A stretch of DNA of 47,300 nt from a virus (lineage: Duplodnaviria > Caudoviricetes), in the IMG/VR virus record IMGVR_UViG_3300006947_000019, positions 1 to 47,300 of that record. One strand, 5' to 3'. Below are positions 6,479 to 15,100 of this stretch, piece by piece. Each line of letters begins with the position of its first letter. Position 1 is the first letter of the stretch. The notes under the pieces were generated by a model. That model did no database searches, was not told where the DNA came from, and saw only the letters and a list, made by a program, of their open reading frames with translations. Both the position numbers and the translations under genes were made by a program.

Positions 6479-9249
6479 GCATAAAAACAATTGACAGACC
6501 TATAAAAGGTTCTGCCGGCGTAGCAAAGAAGATAAATAAAGGAGCAGAGAAAATGGTATTTGACATATTACAGTCAACCCAATATTCTATGCCCATAGCT
6601 TCTACTATTAGAGAGTTAGTGACAAATGCGTGTGATTCGCAGAGAGAAAAAGAGATTGCTATAGAGATTCTTAAAGGTGAAAAAGTCATGGAAGACTATT
6701 ACATCAAAAGAGGAGGAGAGCAATACGAAGACAGTAACTTCGATAAAACATACTATGACTTAAATAAGCTTAACCAAGATAACAACATATCTGTCTTAAC
6801 ATATGAAGAACATACCGGTACTGGATACTGTGACATTTTCAAGGTTAGAGATAATGGTGTTGGTATTGGAGGTAGAAGACTTGAAGGGGTCCTTGAATTA
6901 GGATACTCTACCAAGAGAAATACTTCAGAGAACTTTGGAGCATTTGGTCTAGGAGCTAAGTCTGCACTATCTACTGGCGTAGATTTCTACACAATAGAAA
7001 CAGTGCATAATGGGAAGAGGTTTAAGTGTAATTGCTACAATTACAAGACTGATTTCATTATACCTGCATTTAATGTGAAGGAAGGTAAGCCTAACCCGCA
7101 CATTATCCTAACAACAGGGGATAAGGTCCACTATGAGGAGACTTCTGAGCTAAACTATACCGAAGTAAGCTTTGGTACTAAAAGGCACAACAGAAGCAAG
7201 TTTAGAGAGGCTATTGAAGAGCAGTTAAGTTACATAGACAATGTAGAATTCTTCATAGAGGATCACGAAGAGGAAGAAGTATACTCTAGACAGGTTAACT
7301 TTAAAGCTAATGTTGTTTACAACACTGATAACTTGATTATTTCTGACTACTCAACTTATAGTAAACCTCACATTGTGGTGGTTAAGAATAAGTCTGCAGT
7401 TACAGGTATTAACTATGGATATGTAGACTTTAGAGAGTTAGAAATGGAACAATTGTATGGTCCTATCGCTTTCAAATGTCCTATCAGACAGGTTGTTGTT
7501 GACGATTACGGCGTAGAAACTGTGTTGCAGGAAGGTGTAGATGTTACCCCATCTAGAGAAAAGGTGATATGGAATGAGATTACCAAGAGATATGTAGAAG
7601 GAGTTATCAAATCAGCATCTGATGAAGCAACAACGTTGGTTCAGAAAGAGCTTAATGAGACAGATTTCTTAGAGTGGATACTTAAGTGTCGTTCTGTTAT
7701 TGCTGGTAGTACTGAGAATCCTATCCTTGAGAAGTTAGGTCGTATTATAGATAAGTCTATGATAAAACCTACATTTCCTGGAGATCCTAGAATTAGATAC
7801 CACATACCATCTAGATTATTTGAAGGCTTTAAACTTACAAAGCTATCATACAAATCGACTAACGGTAAAGGTGAGGTGTCTAGACATGAGCTTATGGGTT
7901 GGGACGGATTTGATGCTAAGCATGTGTATTTTAAGGACAAAGTTGCGTTCAATAGACTTACAGATGCTTTCATCATGAATGTTACGGACACATGGAATCA
8001 TAATTCTGTAGTGGTTTTAACTAAGGACGATGTTAATGCAAAGTTCTTACCTAAGATTTCTGGCGCCATTGGTGCAGCCAAATTATCTTTACAGAAAGAG
8101 CATGCTAGAGTTAAAGCTAAGCATGCAGCAGTTATGTTGCAACTTACTAAGTCTGCAATGTATCACTCTTATGATGAGGTTGAAGTTCCTGAAGATTGGG
8201 AAGTTGAGTTCAAAAAAGTTGAAGTAGCAGCTACAAACTATTCTGTTAACAGTGGATTAAGCCCCGCCGAGCGTAGAGAGGTTAACCAAACGATAGTAGC
8301 CTACACTTTAAGAGAGAGTGGCAGTCGTAGTGATGGCAAGTACTATACTTGGGATAAGATTGAACCTAAGCTTAAAGATCTTATGGTCACAGACAATAGG
8401 ATTTATTATGGTACTAAGGCTGATGAAGATGAGTTGCACACTGCAGCTGAACTTCTTTATGATATGGCCCCTAAGCATAATAAGGTGTACCCAGATACTG
8501 GCCATGCTAGTTGGACAGACCATGCTAAAGAGCCTATATACTTCTATGACTCTGCGCCCACTAGGTTTACTTATAAAGATGGCGAAAAGGCAGGAAAGCC
8601 TTGGACCACATACCAAAATATGGTATCGGACACTTGGGACACCCCACAGTTGTTACGTATAAGCGAGGACAAGGTTAAGCTTATGAAGAAGGGCGTTAAC
8701 TGTAAACACATATCAGAATTCTTTCTTCAATCAACCCCTAACAATGGATTCACTATGGATGACTCATTAATATCATGGTATACTGCTTCCAAATTGGAAG
8801 ATATACAAGACTACAACTTCTTACAAGGTATGAAGGCACTTCATCCTAAACTTAAAGAAGTGTATGACAGACTTAAAGCACGTAGAGATAATACGTATAC
8901 TAACTTCAGGTTTGAGAGAATCAGAAAAACAGCAGTAATGACTACTGTAGAGAAAGTGTTTCAATTTCAGATGTATTGCGAGTCCATAAAAGATGTGGAT
9001 GATAAAGCAGCTCTGATAGAAGCCAAAAGTGCAGAACTATTCATACTGTCCGATGTAGGAGAGAGTGTAGCTGTAAATATCAATGAACTAGCTGAGTATG
9101 ACAACTTGAAAGAGTTTGCAGATGAAGTTAAACCTCTACTATCTTACATAGAACGTCTAACTGAATACGAAGAGATGACTCCTGAATTAGAAAAGGAAAT
9201 CTCTATCTATTTGAAGGCGAAAAATAGAGATACTTGGGAGACCTTGTAG
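6475..9249 (+). CDS. rIIA: rIIA-like protein (N-terminal GHKL/HATPase domain)
   Basis: RELVTNACDS, VRDNGVGI, GYSTK, GAFGLGAKS, DVTPSRE; followed by an rIIB-like gene. Confidence 0.85.
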   Translation: MSIKTIDRPIKGSAGVAKKINKGAEKMVFDILQSTQYSMPIASTIRELVTNACDSQREKEIAIEILKGEKVMEDYYIKRGGEQYEDSNFDKTYYDLNKLNQDNNISVLTYEEHTGTGYCDIFKVRDNGVGIGGRRLEGVLELGYSTKRNTSENFGAFGLGAKSALSTGVDFYTIETVHNGKRFKCNCYNYKTDFIIPAFNVKEGKPNPHIILTTGDKVHYEETSELNYTEVSFGTKRHNRSKFREAIEEQLSYIDNVEFFIEDHEEEEVYSRQVNFKANVVYNTDNLIISDYSTYSKPHIVVVKNKSAVTGINYGYVDFRELEMEQLYGPIAFKCPIRQVVVDDYGVETVLQEGVDVTPSREKVIWNEITKRYVEGVIKSASDEATTLVQKELNETDFLEWILKCRSVIAGSTENPILEKLGRIIDKSMIKPTFPGDPRIRYHIPSRLFEGFKLTKLSYKSTNGKGEVSRHELMGWDGFDAKHVYFKDKVAFNRLTDAFIMNVTDTWNHNSVVVLTKDDVNAKFLPKISGAIGAAKLSLQKEHARVKAKHAAVMLQLTKSAMYHSYDEVEVPEDWEVEFKKVEVAATNYSVNSGLSPAERREVNQTIVAYTLRESGSRSDGKYYTWDKIEPKLKDLMVTDNRIYYGTKADEDELHTAAELLYDMAPKHNKVYPDTGHASWTDHAKEPIYFYDSAPTRFTYKDGEKAGKPWTTYQNMVSDTWDTPQLLRISEDKVKLMKKGVNCKHISEFFLQSTPNNGFTMDDSLISWYTASKLEDIQDYNFLQGMKALHPKLKEVYDRLKARRDNTYTNFRFERIRKTAVMTTVEKVFQFQMYCESIKDVDDKAALIEAKSAELFILSDVGESVAVNINELAEYDNLKEFADEVKPLLSYIERLTEYEEMTPELEKEISIYLKAKNRDTWETL

Positions 9250-9254
9250 TATTA

Positions 9255-9299
9255 ACTTAGCAGCTGTACCCAGAAAGACTGGGTATAGCTTTGCTAAGT
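9255..9299 (+). promoter_or_regulatory. Long intergenic hairpin between rIIA and rIIB
   Basis: ACTTAGCA-GCTGTACCCAG / AAAGA loop / CTGGGTATAGC-TT-TGCTAAGT: about 19 bp with one G-U pair and a 2-nt bulge; no U-tract. Confidence 0.7.
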
Positions 9300-9320
9300 C
9301 ATTAAAAATTAGTAAATTAG
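9290..9320 (+). promoter_or_regulatory. Candidate Bacteroidota sigma-A type promoter for rIIB
   Basis: TTTG (9290-9293), 19 nt, then TAAATTAG (9313-9320); consensus is TTTG-N19-21-TAnnTTTG, one mismatch; intergenic, 22 nt before the ATG. Confidence 0.5.
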
Positions 9321-9342
9321 TAACCAATTAACACCAACAACT

Positions 9343-10512
9343 ATGATCACAATTAACGTAATTGAAAACAAAATCTGCGGCTCTTATGGAGACACTCCAT
9401 TTGCAGTTCAGTACACAGAAGAAATCTATGCTTCTATGATGGCTATTGCTGATGAAGTAAATTCAGTAACTACTATAGATGACTACAACCTCATCATAAG
9501 TGCGTTTGCAGAATTATGTGTAGTAGACTATACTAAAACAGTAGAGTCTAAATGTTCACACGTACATGTAAATCCTTCTACCGGAGAGTTTTTCTTAAAG
9601 AATGAAGGAGTTGTATCATCAATACCTATGCCTAAAGCATTAGTGGATAGATTGTACGAATCCATAGATAAAGGAGTTCCTACAGAGCCTCTTATCAAGA
9701 TGTGGACTAGATGGTTGAGAAACCCTGTCCTAGCTACGAAGTCTAAGGATGAGAGAGGGGTAGAATTCTCTAGTAAGTTCTTTAACTTTGTAAATATGAT
9801 GTATGTTCATCCAAAGCTGAAGGAACAGTTAATGGACGAGGAAGGTTTATCGGAAAGTATTGCAGAAGAAAGAGCTACTATGTATCAAATGAAAATTACT
9901 CGTGAAGGGTTATTGAATGGGTACAAGGTCTCTACAGAAGTTATGCACAAGTATGACACTGAATCTGGAGACATTGTAGATCGCTATGCTAGAACATTCG
10001 ATCCTAATACAGGGGAGATTAGTGGTGCAGGCTTGCCAGAGAAGGTAGAAGACAGACTATTTCAACCCGGTATTATGGGAACACGTGGTGATGCATTTTA
10101 CTGTGAGGGAGACAATGGATTTACTTCTCCAGGGCACTTCATCAAAGTAGGTTGTACTCATAGATTAGCTAGCTGGGACCAAGTAAACACAAACGACGAT
10201 CAGTCATGTGTTAAAGGTCTTCACTTTGGTGGTCTTAAGTACATCTCATTCTACTCAGGAGAGATTCACAACATCTTTGTAGACCCTATGCATATTGGTG
10301 CAGTACCATGTGATGTAGATGGAGCTATTAGATGTAAGCAGTACTTTGTACATTCTTCTTTATCAGGAGTAAATGGATCAATTTACCACAGTTCTACGTA
10401 TGCTGAACAAACAGATGCAGAGTGGGAGTTAATGAGAGCTGAAGCTGTTCTTATTAAACTACAAAACAAAGCTTCTATTGACAAGGAAGTTGCGGAGCTT
10501 AACGCTTTGTAA
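9343..10512 (+). CDS. rIIB: rIIB-like protein
   Basis: Directly after rIIA; KITREGLLNGYK and C-terminal SCVKGLHFG...VDP..IGAVP motifs match rIIB. Confidence 0.8.
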   Translation: MITINVIENKICGSYGDTPFAVQYTEEIYASMMAIADEVNSVTTIDDYNLIISAFAELCVVDYTKTVESKCSHVHVNPSTGEFFLKNEGVVSSIPMPKALVDRLYESIDKGVPTEPLIKMWTRWLRNPVLATKSKDERGVEFSSKFFNFVNMMYVHPKLKEQLMDEEGLSESIAEERATMYQMKITREGLLNGYKVSTEVMHKYDTESGDIVDRYARTFDPNTGEISGAGLPEKVEDRLFQPGIMGTRGDAFYCEGDNGFTSPGHFIKVGCTHRLASWDQVNTNDDQSCVKGLHFGGLKYISFYSGEIHNIFVDPMHIGAVPCDVDGAIRCKQYFVHSSLSGVNGSIYHSSTYAEQTDAEWELMRAEAVLIKLQNKASIDKEVAELNAL

Positions 10513-10532
10513 TTGTTGGTGTTTGATTGATG

Positions 10533-10560
10533 AAAGGGGAGGAGAAATTCTCCCCTTTTT
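10533..10560 (+). terminator. Rho-independent terminator
   Basis: AAAGGGGAGGA-GAAA-TTCTCCCCTTTTT. Confidence 0.85.
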
Positions 10561-10583
10561 ATTTACAAATTTAAATTTACACT

Positions 10584-11330
10584 ATGAAAAACACTAAAAT
10601 TGCATTGATAGATGCAGACAGCTTGATATATTATGAAATGGGTAAGAATACTCTAGAAGAAGCTATTGCAGGAATAGATAGTAGAATAGAAACTATACTT
10701 CTTGAAACAGCTGCTGATGAGTATTTTGGATTCTTAACTGAAGGTAAATGCTTTAGATACAGAGTTGCTAAAACCAGGCCTTACAAACACAATAGAAAAC
10801 TTAGTACAAAACCTCCTATATTTTATGCACTTAAAGAGTACATAAAACAACGTTGGAATTTCAAAGGTATTCTAGGGTTAGAAGCAGATGATTGTGTAAG
10901 TATATACGCTAGGATTATAGCTGAAAGTAGCAATGACTATGTTATATGCAGCCCAGACAAGGATGTGCTTAGACAGGTGCCAGGCTTACATTTTAACTAC
11001 CAAAAAGCTGAATGGATAAGTACTAATAAATTAGAAGCTAACGAGTTTCTATGGATGCAGACACTTATGGGAGATTCAACTGATGGGATACCTGGTATAC
11101 CTGGGTTAGGAGCAAAGACTGCTGAGAAGATTATTGCAAACAATGATGGAACCACCTCATACGAACAGGATGTTTTGAAAGTTTATGTAGATAAGTTTGG
11201 TCATTACGATGGAATTTGTAAATTTACAGAGACGTTCAAACTTGTTTACTTACTTACATCTGAGAAAGAAGTTTTATATAACACACGAAAACCTTTAGAG
11301 CCTTTAGAATTTATAAGTATTAATTCTTAA
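10584..11330 (+). CDS. 5'-3' exonuclease / flap endonuclease (T7 gp6 / T4 RNase H family)
   Basis: IALIDADS, YKHNR, LEADD, SPDKD and helix-hairpin-helix GDSTDGIPGIPGLGAKTA. Confidence 0.9.
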   Translation: MKNTKIALIDADSLIYYEMGKNTLEEAIAGIDSRIETILLETAADEYFGFLTEGKCFRYRVAKTRPYKHNRKLSTKPPIFYALKEYIKQRWNFKGILGLEADDCVSIYARIIAESSNDYVICSPDKDVLRQVPGLHFNYQKAEWISTNKLEANEFLWMQTLMGDSTDGIPGIPGLGAKTAEKIIANNDGTTSYEQDVLKVYVDKFGHYDGICKFTETFKLVYLLTSEKEVLYNTRKPLEPLEFISINS

Positions 11331-11341
11331 ATCTTCTAGGT

Positions 11342-12070
11342 ATGACTACAACGACACGTAACACAAAGATAATATTTCTGTCCCCCCTGGAGGTAACTGT
11401 TGATGGGCATGCAAGCTTTACGCCGACTAATAAAATTGGCAAAAAGTCTGCGTCCGTTGACCTTACAGATGGAAGAGTATTTAAAATAGGACAAACTATT
11501 ACATTAAATAAGATACCTTTTAAAATAAACACAATTGACACCACAACACCTTCAAAATGCATACTAAGAGTAGCAAATAGAACAAAAGCTTCAATGCTTG
11601 TAATGCCAATGCTCAATGGAGACAAAAGGCTATACATGTATGATAAGCTTCTTTTAAATTGTTTTATAGGCGAAAACCAAGATACGTTAGTTTTAGTTTA
11701 CAGATTTAGTGCAGAGGCTGTGTTTTTAAAATTTGAAAGTGCTTTAAAATCATTTAGAAACTTTATAAAGTCTTCTGATCCAAACGAATATTCTGTTTTG
11801 TTTGAATTTAGCATTCCAGAAAAGTATTCACAAAATTTTAAGTACTTTATTGAAGGTAAATATTCTAAGTTTGATTCGGAATATAAAATGAAAATTTTAA
11901 ATTTCCATAACTTAAATATTGACAGCCAAATAGCTGAAATACTTTTCAAATCAGAATCTAGAAAACTAGCATTAGAAAAAAAGCTTAACGTTACTTTAGA
12001 AGAAGACGTTGAGCTCCTCAGTATAATAGACATCGAGAAAGAAACATTTAAACTTAAAGATTACTTTTAA
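11342..12070 (+). CDS. Hypothetical protein, 242 aa
   Basis: Last gene of + strand block; contains F..GKYSK motif; no function recognised. Confidence 0.7.
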   Translation: MTTTTRNTKIIFLSPLEVTVDGHASFTPTNKIGKKSASVDLTDGRVFKIGQTITLNKIPFKINTIDTTTPSKCILRVANRTKASMLVMPMLNGDKRLYMYDKLLLNCFIGENQDTLVLVYRFSAEAVFLKFESALKSFRNFIKSSDPNEYSVLFEFSIPEKYSQNFKYFIEGKYSKFDSEYKMKILNFHNLNIDSQIAEILFKSESRKLALEKKLNVTLEEDVELLSIIDIEKETFKLKDYF

Positions 12071-12108
12071 AAAAGAAAAGGCGGGACTTTGTCCCCCCTT
12101 TTTTTTCT
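12071..12108. terminator. Bidirectional terminator between convergent replication and virion modules
   Basis: A-tract, GGCGGGAC-TTT-GTCCCCCC stem (one mismatch), T-tract; sits between convergent stops at 12070 and 12115. Confidence 0.85.
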
Positions 12109-12114
12109 TCCGCT

Positions 12115-15100
12115 TTAACGCTCTTTAATTTTATCGCTTTCTCTTACTTCTAACACATTGAATATTGCATCTAATCCAGGTACAAATTTAGGTACGTAAT
12201 GAAAAGGACCTGTTTTATCTTTTTGGTCGTTTTGTCCAAATGCAATATCTCTAAAAGTATCAGCAGTATTACTTGCAAGCTTTTGGATATTAGTACCCAT
12301 TGATATAAGAGGTATCCCACCACTTCTAGAGTCAAAGAATTCACTAGGATCTACAAATACTGCAGTCTCTCTGTAAGCTCTGTTTAATGTCTTATACAAT
12401 TGTCTTCCGGCCCATGTTTGTCTTATGTCTTTTTTACCGTCATCATCCCAATCTCCTCCCATAAGCATAATAAGCATAAATAATAACGATGCGCCTCGGA
12501 ATTCCATCATAAAAGATCTAATGTTACCTCTTTTCATGTCTAGAAACTCTTGATACATTTTTTCTTTTTGCTCAGGATTTTTTATTCTATCTACGAATTC
12601 AGGATTTGTAGAATTTGAAGCTACCCATTGTTCAAATGCTGCTTTAGCTTTCTTTTCATTAACTTTAAAAGAGTTGCTATATCCAAATGTAACAACATCT
12701 AATCCTACCTTTACAAGGTCTTGCCCATAAGCACTTATTATTTCTGCTATTCCTACTTCTGAATTAACAAGCTGTTGTAAAGTTATGTCTCCACCTAAGT
12801 TTCCTAAAGATGTTGTCCATGTACCTTGGTCAAAAGCTTCAAGTATATGGTCATATCTAGTTCTACCAAATCTTTCCATAGCTACACCTGGTAACCAAGA
12901 CTTGTAGTGCATAAGTAATCTAAGAAATAAAGTATTATTGTAAAGAGCTACATCTTCATCAGACATACTACCTTTTACTTTATCACCTATCCTTCTAGCT
13001 ACTTGTCTAAATTGGATCTCTCCAGAGTTGTCCATGTTACCTATCTTAACTTTGTATCTGTTTCTTGCAGATTCAGATACATTAGATATTGCTGAAGACC
13101 ATTTAGGATCTTCCTCTATTTCCATAAGATCTATTAAATTTTTAGAACCTTCTGGTAATCTATTTAGCAATGTAGGCTTACCTTCTGCGTTTAACCCATA
13201 GTTAAGTGCTAAAGCATATACTCCGATGGCATCTATTCCCCTATCAGCTGTTCCTAAAAATGCAAACCACTTATCATTTGTAATATGCTTAGTTATTAAA
13301 CGGCTAGAAAGCTTGTTTGCTCTTTGCTCAGCTATATCAAATTGATATACATCAAAATGTTCTGCTAGCGCTCTCATTTTAGGATTGGCAGACATTAAAG
13401 CTTTTTGAGCTTTTATTAAATTTCCAGGAGTAATAAAAACTCCTTTAGATGCTTGCTGTCGTAATCCAAATTGTCCTGCTAAAAATGCACCGAATGCTAC
13501 AGGAGTCTTTAAACCTAAAGTAGTTTGAGAATGTAACATTTTTAAAGCCATTAGAGTTTTAGTACCACTAAGCCCAAGAACATTAAAATCTTTGCTAACC
13601 CCTGAAGACCCATATATATACTGATCTACAAATTCACTAAATACTTTAGAAGTTCCTTTAGAATTGAATATCTTTTTAGCTGCTCCTGATATATTAGTCA
13701 GAATCTCGCCCGTAACGCTATCTACTTGTATTTCTGTTGCAATATTATTTTCTAGAAGCAGCTGCATAGTCTGAATCTCAGGTAATACATCATCTTTAAG
13801 TTTATAATCCATAGCAGCACTACCTAATAGTAGTAAGCTTTTACCTAAGTCTCTACTTTTAAGAGAGTGATCTATATTACCTTTACCGTCTACTAAAGGG
13901 CGCATGTATAATCTAGGTATACGTCTAACAAGTTCATTTGTATTTTCATCTCTTACACCAAAGCTAAGATCATGCTCTCTAATTTGTAAAGACTCTAACA
14001 CAGATTTTGACATTCCTTTAAACCCATCTTCAAGTAAATGTTCCATAGTATTCTTATGGATATTAGCTATGAATCCTGATCCGAGCTCCTGTCCCATCAT
14101 TTCTTCAATCTCCGCAGTCTTTTCTAAGTAGAAATCATAGAAATTCTTAAGAGCTGGGGTATTTTGTATCTTATTGTATTCGTCAGATATATGAACATCT
14201 GTAGCCTTCAAGAACCAACGTCCTCCATAGCTAAACATAGCTGTTTTAGGATGCTTCACTATGTTGTGGGTCTTATCCCATATTAGCATCTCTCTATCTA
14301 TAGCTTTAGAGTTTCCTTTGTATTTTCTCTTAAATCTAGCTAATTGGTGCTTTCTATATATAGGAAACTTTTTATCAAATTTTACTTTATCCACTTGAGT
14401 GTTTTGCTCTAACCAAGTTTGATTACCAGATTTAATAGCATTAGCTCTATCTACAAAAAATTGTTTATTGTACTTCTGAATAAGATTTCCTGTATCATTA
14501 TTGATGATAAGATCAAAAACTTTTACACCTTTATATCCATTGTTATTTCCCCATTGAAGTAAAGGTTCTTGAACATCTTCTATTTCTTCTGCAAGACTTT
14601 TAACAGATTTTCTATGCTGATGTTGAATATCTATTACTATATTGTACAGAGTACGTAAATATGGATTATTTTGCTTAGATAAAGTAACAAACTTTCCAGT
14701 TATAAAATCTGTAGAAACATTAAAGTCTTTAATTCCTTTAATACCACGATTTTCTGTAAAGTCAACAGCACGTGTCATTAATTTATCTTCAATTGCACTT
14801 CTTAAGTTTGTTAGAAAACCAGCTGTTTTTTCTCTAATAGCATTGTATTCTTCTTTTTCTTTCTCAGTTGCTTCGTTATTCAAGTATTCATTATAATCAG
14901 ATGTACTTAAAAATCCTGAATAAAATAATACATCATCATGAGCTGCTTGCAGTTCTTCTAAGTCCATGTAATCTGGATTGATAACTTGCTTACCTTTCTC
15001 AGTTATAAACTCATCGTCTACAGCTAAGTTATCTAATGTATCTTTTAACTCTTCTTGGACACCTTCTAATACAAATTTAACATCTTGATTTAATTGTAAT

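Noticed and set aside
1057-12033. Minus-strand and alternate-frame ORFs overlapping + strand genes (e.g. 1057-1440, 2628-2846, 3114-3434, 6387-6689, 7641-7991, 8030-8227, 8308-8662, 11320-11637, 11698-12033)
   Set aside because: Shadows of longer genes with recognisable motifs; no motifs or start context of their own.
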